NCBI GenBank assembly: GCA_002269645.1
Contig: NIVC01003570.1
Location: forward strand, 1-64,000
Source of the DNA: Macrostomum lignano
Lineage: Eukaryota
Direction: 5' to 3'
Length of the DNA stretch: 64,000 nucleotides
The number at the start of each line of letters is the position of its first letter. Position 1 is the first letter of the stretch. The position numbers and the translations under genes are program-made. The notes under the pieces were generated by a model that searched no databases, was not told the DNA's origin, and saw only the letters and a list, made by a program, of their open reading frames with translations. Shown piece by piece: positions 53,201 to 64,000 of this stretch.

Positions 53201-55581
53201 CTCAAGCTGCTGCTGCTGTTCCTGCTGCTGTTGCTGCAGCTGCTGCAGCTGCTGCTGGGCCGCCGCTGGTCGCAGGGGGCTGGACCGGCCGCTGCCACCC
53301 GAGGACGTCGCGGCTGCCGCTGATCTGCCCGCCGTCGACGCCGCCGCTGGATGCGAAGGTCGGCCACGAGCGGCGACATTTGAGGCCGCTGTTGAAGGCT
53401 TTCGCTGCTGAGCTGCTGCTGCTGAAGCTGTTGACTGAGGAGTCTGGAAGGGCAGAGTTCAGTGGGAACTGAGTTTCGAAGTTGGAAGCAGAACTCACGA
53501 AAGAACGGCAGGCACTCATTTTGGCGCCGCAGACAGGCACTCATTTTGGCGCCGCAGGCACTCATTTTGGCGCCGCAGACAGGCACTCATTTTGGCGCCG
53601 CAGACAGGCAATCATTTGGCGCCAGGCAGGCACTCATTTGGCGCCAGACAGGCACTCATTTGGCGCCGCAGGCAGGCACTCATTTTGGCGCCGCAGACAG
53701 GCACTCATTTTGGCGCCGCAGGCAGGCACTCAATTTGGCGCCAGGCAGGCACTCATTTGGCACCAGACAGGCACTCATTTGGCGCCGCAGGCAGGCACTC
53801 ATTTTGGCGCCACAGACAGGCACTCATTTTGGCGCCGCAGACAGGCACTCATTTTGGCGCCGCAGGCAGGCACTCATTTTGGCGCCGAAGGCGCTATATA
53901 TTTTGGCGCCCTGAAGCAGAATTATTGACTTCCATAACGGGTCACAAAGTGGGCGGGGGAGAAGGCATTTGCAACACATGTTCCCCCTACTCCCCACTAG
54001 GAGAATCTGGCATTCAGTTTGCTGAGACCCTTTAAAACTTCATCTTTAAAACCCTCGAGCCTCAGCTCCAGGATCTCAGCATTCCCAAGACACAGTTGTG
54101 GGTCGGGGGTAGGAAAAGTTGAGCTTGAGTCAGCCCCTGCTGTGCAGGGCTGAGACACCCAGCAGTTTCAACACTGGCGCATTTCTCATATTTTGGGCGA
54201 CAATATTTCTCACCTTAGTCTTGGCCGCGGCAGTTGGAGCAGCTCCAGTTTTAGCCGCTTTCGCCGCCGCAGCTCCCCCGGCAGTTGTCAAAGTCGTCTT
54301 TGCGGCCGAAGCCGCCTTCGCCGCCGGCCCGGCGCGCCCAGCGGACGACGCCGACGACGCGGCCGACTTGACCGGAGGCGGTGCCCGAGCTCCGGTCGCT
54401 GCAAGGGTCATAGGAAAGGACAAGGTGAAGATCGTCAGCAACTGGCTTTCCCCGGATTTCTCTGAGCCGCAGATCGGGGCGAAAGACGTTGGGAAAATCA
54501 ATAAGAACGGCCTGGGGGATTTCTGCCCAATGCGGAAGTGAAGTGAGGGGCGCGGGGCTGAGCTGGGCGCGGAGAACTGGAGAAGTGGCTGAGTAAGTAG
54601 GGCTTTCTGAGCACCAAGGGGAGTTGAGGAACGGCCGTGCACTCCTAGTGGGAGGTACAGTTGGATCTGAGCACAGTGCGGGGGAGCTCAAATGTCAGTC
54701 CAGTTGAGCAGCTGTGTAGAAAGAATTCCTACACCCCGCCATTCCAGCGCGCGGTTGGTTTTCTTTTCTGTATTTTGACGACACTTCTAGTTGCAATTAA
54801 TTTCTCATGCATTTTGCTGCATTGAGTCTCCGAGAGCCGAAACCTGAGCTGTTGTATCGGTCTGGTTTCTAATTCGGAAAGCTGATTTTTAATGCGAGTT
54901 TAAGATAAACAAATGACGACTTTCACGCGCGTTTCGCCTACTTACAGTAGCTTGACGCACTATCTCAGGAGCGTTGCAAGTTTAGCGAATTCAAATCAAT
55001 CAATACTCGAATATTCCAGTGATAAATGGCTGGGCCAAAAAGTGGAAATGGCAAAGAGATGAACTTTGCTGATGAAATGCAGAATTTATCAGGAACTATG
55101 AATAGCGAGATAGCACTAATCGAATGTTTGCCGAAATAAATGCCTGCCTATGGACAGCTGAAGCGGAAACTTTTAAGGAAAGTATTGAAGAGCGGCTACT
55201 TTTACGATTTTCACGAGCTGTGACAGCGGCGTCCTTGAGCTTCAGCTGTCCATGACAGGGATCCAGACAAAGACAAAATCAAATTCTTGCGAATCTTACT
55301 GCTTTTAGAAGCTAAGGAGGTGGTGGTTCGGCTTTTGGCCTGAGCGGCAGGTGCGGCGCCCGTTTGATTTTTGCCGCCGCCCGCTGCGCTGGGTCTCCGG
55401 CTTGCGGCCGAGGTGGCGGCGACCGCCGAAGGACGCCTTGGTGCTGTCGCTGCAGCCGCCTTTTTGGCCTCAGCGACCGCCTTGACCGCCGAGCTCGTCG
55501 ATGCAGTGCGGCCAGAGACCTTTGATGTTGCCGCCACTGCTGCTGACTGCGCTGGCTCAGGCTTTTCGGCCTGCTGATCGG
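47279..55581 (-). CDS. MTUS1/MTUS2/CCDC69-family coiled-coil (microtubule-associated) protein, 5' end unresolved; exons 55300-55581, 54214-54398, 52790-53443, 52288-52532 (1-nt frameshift), 51538-51643, 51275-51348, 50562-50660, [49586-49636 optional], 48711-48928, 47628-47768, 47279-47462
   Basis: Phase-consistent splice sites except for one missing base at ~52482; Ala/Ser-rich N-terminal part followed by Q/E heptads. C-terminal [22 protein letters not shown] and [21 protein letters not shown] match my recollection of MTUS1 ELESLKAVLEIKNEKL and [21 protein letters not shown]. Confidence 0.8.
47920..48670. repeat. 12-bp minisatellite (CATGAACTCACT/CATGAACTCAAT) in an MTUS-like intron
   Basis: Visible tandem units. 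Confidence 0.93.
49850..50400. repeat. 9-bp minisatellite (GCAGGGAGT) in an MTUS-like intron
   Basis: Visible tandem units; they give a false collagen-like ORF. Confidence 0.93.
50678..51246. repeat. 23-bp minisatellite (GGTTGGTGCACTCTCACGGGACG), ~24 copies
   Basis: Visible, near-identical tandem units. Confidence 0.96.
51680..52270. repeat. 9-bp minisatellite (GCAGGGAGT family), second block
   Basis: Visible tandem units of the same family as 49850-50400. Confidence 0.93.
52555..52670. repeat. 11-bp tandem repeat (ATTCACTCCTG)
   Basis: About 9 visible copies. Confidence 0.88.
53505..53900. repeat. ~21-25-bp minisatellite (GGCACTCATTTTGGCGCCGCAGACA)
   Basis: Visible tandem units. Confidence 0.92.
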
Positions 55582-55603
55582 CTGGAGAGCGATGAAATAC
55601 AGG

Positions 55604-56046
<443 letters not shown>

Positions 56047-56048
56047 TA

Positions 56049-59000
56049 CTGTCTGTGTGTTTACTTGGACCTTTCGTCGGTTCAGTTGCCGCATTAGCTG
56101 GACCTTTCGGTTTAGGTGGACAGCGTAGGTGGACCACCGAATATTTTTGCTCCAGACAACGTTGAGTGGTTTATAAGGACCACAAAACAGAGCAATGGAT
56201 GTCAGGAATGAGTGCCGCAAAGCGCAACATTCATCGGCATTCATGCTCAGAAAAAAATGCATTTCAGTTTACATGGACTTTTTGCGATGTCCACCTAAAC
56301 CGGGTCTGAAAGGTCCAGCTAAACAAAAATTGTCAATGAAAATTTCTGAATTTGTCTGTTGCAGTCTGTTTCAGTCTGTTTCAGTCTGTTTCAGTCTGTT
56401 GGCAATTTACCTTTTTACAACATCTTTTACGCCAAAAAAGTAATCTATTTAATTTCCGTGATCTTAAATTAGGCACACACGGCTTTGTTGAGCTTTCTTC
56501 ATAGCCTTCCCACGGTTTTGTGCCCGAAAAATATTCGAATGACGGTTCCTTTATCACGTTAGCTGCTGATAGTAGTTTAAATGGATATTGTATCCTATAG
56601 GCCTATCGACTTTCCTTCTTTTAGATTCCTTTTGATATTTGATATTTATAAAAGTGTCGAACCACAATAAGAAATAAGCCTGGTGGAGAGTTTCGGCTTT
56701 GAGGAGAAGGTTCTGCTCTCAGATCCCTGTTTAGGGGTGGGGAAGCACCAAACCAAGCTCAAAGCGAAGGTCTGATATTTTTTATTTTAGTTTAGCCTGG
56801 GTCCCACTAAACACAGTTGCACGCACATCAAATCGTCTGTTGAGGTCCATGTAAACGAAACTCAAAGCGCACAGCACATTCACACAGACTAGTGCTGCAT
56901 TGGTTAAGGACTGATTTCGGAGAGGTTGGTAAAAATCGGACCACCCCTACTGGGAATGCCAGCCAATAGGAGCAGTCCAAGGGACAGACAGTCCGTCGAC
57001 TAAACGAGTCAGAGAGGGGCAGAGCTATAAAAGTGAAAACCTTTGGTCTAGCTAAAACAGGCTTACATGGACCACCTAATTTCTCGGATAGACTGAAACA
57101 TTCAACTGAACTGTCAATAGTCAATACACGAGAAGACACGAATGTCTCGCAGGAGATATCCCAATAACACAGAGTCCCAGAGAGGTGCAACAGTAACAGA
57201 TGTTACATCAAGTGGACTGGATACCTAAGGTAAGCATAAAATGAAAAGATTCAATTTAAAAGATTGACTTCCTCGCGTTCTAATTCTCTAGTAAAACCAA
57301 GCCTTTGGATTACTACGTAGCTAATAAAAACAACACACGACTTTTAGATCTAACAATACTTGGGAGCCAGTGAAAAATGTTTTCGACGACGTTTTTGAAA
57401 AATTGCATTGAAATTGCAGTAAGTACCAAAACGAAGTGTTATTTAGGATGAAAAAATAATAAACTTTTGTAAAGAGCCTCAATAAGAACCTACTCAATCG
57501 AAATTTCAGAAATATGTTTTCCTGCCAGACCAAAAAGCAAAATCTACCAGGTAAGCAAATCGGTGCACATACAACTTAAGCTGGTCCAGCTAACCTACAG
57601 AATGCACTGACGCAACTGAGCCAGTCTGTTGAAGAGCCTCACAGATAGGAGGTGAAATTCAAGTTTAGGTGGTCCAGCTAACCTACAGACTGTACTGACG
57701 CAACTGAGCCAGTCTGTTGAAGAGCCTCACAGATAGGAGGTGAAATTCAAGTTTAGGTGTTCCAGCTAACCTACATACTGCACTGACGCAACTGAGCCAG
57801 TCTGTTGAAGAGCCTCAAGGATAGGAGGTGAAATTCAAGTTTAGGTGGTCCAGCTAACCTACATACTGCACTGACGCAACTGAGCCAGTCTGTTTTAGAG
57901 CCTCACCAATAGAAGGTGGAATTCAAGTCCAGGAGGTCCAGCTAACCTACAGACTGTACTGACACCAATATGCCAGTCTGTTTCAAAGTCTCAGTAGAAT
58001 CAAATTATCAGTTGTAAACTGTCAATCCTGAATTCTCGTATAAATGCCAAATTTGACAGGCCCAGTCTGGAGACGGCAAGTCAGCTTTGATGCAGACGAG
58101 TGACGCAAGCAACTCCAGCAAGATATCGACCAAGACTTTAAAGGCCAAGAGCCATTAAGTCGACTATAGGCTGACACCTCACGTCTGGACACTTCTAAGA
58201 AGTCGGCTGAGGCACCTGAGACGCTGGTCAGTCCGGTGGACAGACGTGTTGCCTCATCGCAGTTCAGTCATCGGACGAGATTGAATCTACTGTGGTGAGC
58301 TTGCTGCAAAAGTTTTCAAATTTGGCTTATCCTATTCTAATTGAACTGGTCCAGCTAACCTACAGACTGTACTGACGCCACAGAGTCAGTCTGTTTTAGA
58401 GCCTCACAGATGGGGTGGAATTCAGGTTTAGGTGGTCCAGCTAACCTACAGACTGTACTGACGCAACTGATCCAGTCTGTTTAAGAGCCTCACAGATAGG
58501 AGGTGGAATTCAAGTTTAGGTGGTCCAGCTAACCTACAGACTGTACTGACACCAATATGCCAGTCTGTTTTACAGTCTCAGTAGAATATCAGTTGTAAAC
58601 TGTCAATCCTTAATTCTCGTATAAATGCCAAATTTGACAGGCCCAGTCTGGAGACGGCAAGTCAGCTTTGATGCAGACGAGTGACGCAAGCAACTCCAGC
58701 AAGATATCGACCAAGACTTTAAAGGCCAAGAGCCATTAAGTCGACTATAGGCTGACACCTCACGTCTGGACACTTCTAAGAAGTCGGCTGAGGCACCTGA
58801 GACGCTGGTCAGTCCGGTGGACAGACGTGTTGCCTCATCGCAGTTCAGTCATCGGACGAGATTGAATCTACTGTGGTGAGCTTGCTGCAAAAGTTTTCAA
58901 ATTTGGCTTATCCTATTCTAATTGAACTGGTCCAGCTAACCTACAGACTGTACTGACGCCACAGAGTCAGTCTGCTTTAGAGCCTCACAGATGGGGTGGA

Positions 59001-62000
59001 ATTCAAGTTTAGGAGGTCCAGCTAACCTACAGACTGCACTGACGCAACTGATCCAGTCTGTTGAAGAGCCTCACAGATAGGAGGTGGAATTCAAGTTTAG
59101 GTGGTCCAGCTAACCTACAGACTGTACTGACACCAATATGCCAGTCTGTTTTACAGTCTCAGTAGAATATCAGTTGTAAACTGTCAATCCTTAATTCTCG
59201 TATAAATGCCAAATTTGACAGGCCCAGTCTGGAGACGGCAAGTCAGCTTTGATGCAGACGAGTGACGCAAGCAACTCCAGCAAGATATCGACCAAGACTT
59301 TAAAGGCCAAGAGCCATTAAGTCGACTATAGGCTGACACCTCACGTCTGGACACTTCTAAGAAGTCGGCTGAGGCACCTGAGACGCTGGTCAGTCCGGTG
59401 GACAGACGTGTTGCCTCATCGCAGTTCAGTCATCGGACGAGATTGAATCTACTGTGGTGAGCTTGCTGCAAAAGTTTTCAAATTTGGCTTATCCTATTCT
59501 AATTGAACTGGTCCAGCTAACCTACAGACTGTACTGACGCCACAGAGTCAGTCTGCTTTAGAGCCTCACAGATGGGGTGGAATTCAAGTTTAGGAGGTCC
59601 AGCTAACCTACAGACTGCACTGACGCAACTGATCCAGTCTGTTGAAGAGCCTCACAGATAGGAGGTGGAATTCAAGTTTAGGTGGTCCAGCTAACCTACA
59701 GACTGTACTGACACCAATATGCCAGTCTGTTTCACAGTCTCAGTAGAATATCAGTTGTAAACTGTCAATCCTTAATTCTCGTATAAATGCCAAATTTGAC
59801 AGGCCCAGTCTGGAGACGGCAAGTCAGCTTTGATGCAGACGAGTGACGCAAGCAACTCCAGCAAGATATCGACCAAGACTTTAAAGGCCAAGAGCCATTA
59901 AGTCGACTATAGGCTGACACCTCACGTCTGGACACTTCTAAGAAGTCGGCTGAGGCACCTGAGACGCTGGTCAGTCCGGTGGACAGACGTGTTGCCTCAT
60001 CGCAGTTCAGTCATCGGACGAGATTGAATCTACTGTGGTGAGCTTGCTGCAAAAGTGTTCAGATTTGGCTTATCCTATTCTAATTGAACTGGTCCAGCTA
60101 ACCTACAGACTGTACTGACGCCACAGAGTCAGTCTGTTTTAGAGCCTCACAGATGGGGTGGAATTCAAGTTTAGGTGGTCCAGCTAACCTACAGACTGTA
60201 CTGACGCAACTGATCCAGTCTGTTTAAGAGCCTCACAGATAGGAGGTGGAATTCAAGTTTAGGTGGTCCAGCTAACCTACAGACTGTACTGACGCCACAA
60301 AGTCAGTCTGTTGAAGAGCCTCACCAATAGGAGGTGGAATTCAAGTTTAGGTGGTCCAGCTAACCTACAGACTGTACTGACACCAATATGCCAGTCTGTT
60401 TCACAGTCTCAGTAGAATATCAGTTGTAAACTGTCAATCCTTTATTCTCGTATAAATGCCAAATTTGACAGGCCCAGTCTGGAGACGGCAAGTCAGCTTT
60501 GATGCAGACGAGTGACGCAAGCAACTCCAGCAAGATATCGACCAAGACTTTAAAGGCCAAGAGCCATTAAGTCGACTATAGGCTGACACCTCACGTCTGG
60601 ACACTTCTAAGAAGTCGGCTGAGGCACCTGAGACGCTGGTCAGTCCGGTGGACAGACGTGTTGCCTCATCGCAGTTCAGTCATCGGACGAGATTGAATCT
60701 ACTGTGGTGAGCTTGCTGCAAAAGTGTTCAGATTTGGCTTATCCTATTCTAATTGAACTGGTCCAGCTAACCTACAGACTGTACTGACGCCACAGAGTCA
60801 GTCTGTTTTAGAGCCTCACAGATGGGGTGGAATTCAAGTTTAGGTGGTCCAGCTAACCTACAGACTGTACTGACGCAACTGATCCAGTCTGTTTAAGAGC
60901 CTCACAGATGGGTTGGAATTCAAGTTTAGGAGGTCCAGCTAACCTACAGACTGCACTGACGCAACTGAGCCAGTCTGTTGAAGAGCCTCACAGATGGGAG
61001 GTGGAATTCAAGTCCAGGTGGTCCAGCTAACCTACAGACTGTACTGACGCAACTGATCCAGTCTGTTGAAGAGCCTCACAGATAGGAGGTGGAATTCAAG
61101 TTTAGGTGGTCCAGCTAACCTACAGACTGTACTGACACCAATATGCCAGTCTGTTTCAAAGTCTCAGTAGAATATCAGTTGTAAACTGTCAATCCTGAAT
61201 TCTCGTATAAATGCCAAATTTGACAGGCCCAGTCTGGAGACGGCAAGTCAGCTTTGATGCAGACGAGTGACGCAAGCAACTCCAGCAAGATATCGACCAA
61301 GACTTTAAAGGCCAAGAGCCATTAAGTCGACTATAGGCTGACACCTCACGTCTGGACACTTCTAAGAAGTCGGCTGAGGCACCTGAGACGCTGGTCAGTC
61401 CGGTGGACAGACGTGTTGCCTCATCGCAGTTCAGTCATCGGACGAGATTGAATCTACTGTGGTGAGCTTGCTGCAAAAGTGTTCAGATTTGGCTTATCCT
61501 ATTCTAATTGAACTGGTCCAGCTAACCTACAGACTGTACTGACGCCACAGAGTCAGTCTGTTTTAGAGCCTCACAGATGGGGTGGAATTCAAGTTTAGGT
61601 GGTCCAGCTAACCTACAGACTGTACTGACGCAACTGATCCAGTCTGTTTAAGAGCCTCACAGATGGGTTGGAATTCAAGTTTAGGAGGTCCAGCTAACCT
61701 ACAGACTGCACTGACGCAACTGAGCCAGTCTGTTGAAGAGCCTCACAGATGGGAGGTGGAATTCAAGTCCAGGTGGTCCAGCTAACCTACAGACTGTACT
61801 GACGCAACTGATCCAGTCTGTTGAAGAGCCTCACAGATGGGAGGTGGAATTCAAGTCCAGGTGGTCCAGCTAACCTACAGACTGCACTGACGCCACAGAG
61901 TCAGTCTGTTTTAGAGCCTCACCAATAGGAGGTGGAATTCAAGTCCAGGAGGTCCAGCTAACCTACAGACTGCACTGACGCAACTGATCCCGTCTGTTTT

Positions 62001-63075
62001 AGAGCCTCACAGGTGGGAGGTGGAATTCAAGTTTAGGAGGTCCAGCTAACCTACAGACTGTACTGACACCAATATGCCAGTCTGTTTTAAAGTCTCAGTA
62101 GAATATCAGTTGTAAACTGTCAATCCTTAATTCTCGTATAAATGCCAAATTTGACAGGCCCAGTCTGGAGACGGCAAGTCAGCTTTGATGCAGACGAGTG
62201 ACGCAAGCTACTCCGGCAAAATGAAGACGATTTTTTTGTGCTCAACCGCAAAAGTTTGTTTATGATGATATTGACTGCGACAGCTTGTGGCTTTCTGTGA
62301 GATGATTCCGCTATCCGTCGTAACATGTCTTGTCCGTCCGTTAAAACTTTTTTCATTTTTCAAAAATTGAGTGGAAAGTTGTTCTATTGCAATACGTGAA
62401 ATTTATTAGGCAAATGTATTTAATGAATTATTAATTACATTATTACAATATTACATTATTAATATAATTAATGTATTAATTATATCGTCGTCAATCTACT
62501 TGCCTTTTGGCACATATTTGGGACGTTAAGTGTGTTTCTTTAGGTTTATCATTATTCTAGTGAAAAACAAATATGACTTTTTGCTATTTAAACTTTTGCT
62601 TGGCCGTTAATTTGCACTTGTAACTATTTTTCTCGGCCTAAAAATTAGTTGCATTTGATTCATTAGTTTTTAATGGGGATGATGGTTCTTGAGTCCGGAG
62701 CAAACTAGAACTGAATGCATTATTTGCACTTAATTACATATTTTGTATTTGGGACTTCTGTCACGTGACTTTTAGTGTTGTTTCTCGTGCTTAACAGTAC
62801 TGGGTCGATAATAATCGCAGTACTCTGCTAAATAAATGATGGTCCACCTAAACGGTGTCTTTTTGAAGGTCCACCTAAAACAGGTCCGGGCTGGTCCAGC
62901 TATCCCAGTTGAAAGTGACATGCAGTTTCCACGAGATGGCTAATCTGCAGGCTAAACTGAAAGACAACCCACGCTAACTTTTCCTGTAGAGACAGAAGAC
63001 ACCGGTTTTATAAGGAAACTAGGTGGTCCACCTAATGCATTAACAAAACTCTGGTCCCGCTAAACACACAGACAG
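56049..63075. mobile_element. Putative non-autonomous TIR DNA transposon (~7.0 kb), superfamily unassigned
   Basis: 15-bp perfect inverted ends CTGTCTGTGTGTTTA (56049-56063) and TAAACACACAGACAG (63061-63075), extending imperfectly to GGACC; multiple GGTCCA(C/G)CTAA motifs near both ends in inverted orientation; the same (TCTG)n array on both flanks; TA at 56047-56048 and 63079-63080. No transposase ORF seen. Confidence 0.6.
57583..62210. repeat. Higher-order tandem array: 7 copies of a unique core (last one partial) separated by blocks of ~88-bp subrepeats (5,3,3,3,4,5,7 copies)
   Basis: Core starts at 58060, 58641, 59222, 59803, 60472, 61227 and 62158 (spacings 581, 581, 581, 669, 755, 931 = 581 + n x ~88). 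Confidence 0.93.
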
Positions 63076-63080
63076 CGGTA

Positions 63081-63712
<632 letters not shown>

Positions 63713-63932
63713 ACCCTTCTCTTCTCTCCTATTCAGCAGCAACTGCACTAGAATATTAAACGTTTATTATCTGTGGATAATCTACGAGCTCATATTACTG
63801 CTTATATTTTCATCATATTACGTTCCAACTACATAAAAGTATATTTTTCTTCTCGGTGTTTAATGAGTTTCACCGAGCTAAAATAACGAACTACGCAGCA
63901 GCCTTCAGCTGACTCATCGTGAGAGCTCTCAC

Positions 63933-63984
63933 CTGTGTGTATCTTTAATAAAATCAAATATACGATGACATAAATTGACCCCAT
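63933..63984 (-). CDS. Candidate first coding exon of the MTUS-like gene (MGSIYVIVYLILLKIHT)
   Basis: ATG at 63984, open frame to a CAG|GTGAG donor at 63932; phase 1 matches the acceptor at 55582. AT-rich, so it could be a chance match. Confidence 0.3.
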
Positions 63985-64000
63985 GAATTTTGACACGTTT

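Noticed and set aside
56828-57190. 120-aa minus-strand ORF inside the TIR element as a transposase
   Set aside because: No DDE, zinc-finger or other recognisable motif.

Overview
Eukaryotic (metazoan) genomic DNA with GC-rich exons, AT-rich intergenic DNA and a different minisatellite in almost every long intron. This pattern resembles the flatworm Macrostomum lignano; the organism is an inference from composition only. I reconstructed five spliced genes by hand from splice sites and reading phase: BTBD19-like (-, 7215-11340), NUDT19-like with a C-terminal PTS1 (-, 14664-17828), an M13 neprilysin/ECE-type metallopeptidase (+, 19702-32944), a frameshifted WSC + PAN-like secreted-protein gene (-, 38049-~43546) and an MTUS1/2-like coiled-coil gene (-, 47279 to at least 55581, one frameshift, one GC-AG intron). 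Mobile DNA includes a complete, very young Mag-type Ty3/Gypsy element (26067-30701, identical 174-bp LTRs, 5-bp TSD) and a tRNA-headed SINE, both in neprilysin introns; an internally deleted DD34D mariner; and a candidate solo LTR. The most unusual structure is a ~7-kb TIR-bounded element inside a (TCTG)n array. It carries subterminal GGTCCA(C/G)CTAA motifs and a higher-order array made of a splice-site-bounded pseudo-exon plus 88-bp subrepeats bearing the same motif. There is no CRISPR array and no prokaryotic system; most short ORFs in the track are repeat or antisense artefacts. All coordinates, alignments and copy numbers were determined by eye.
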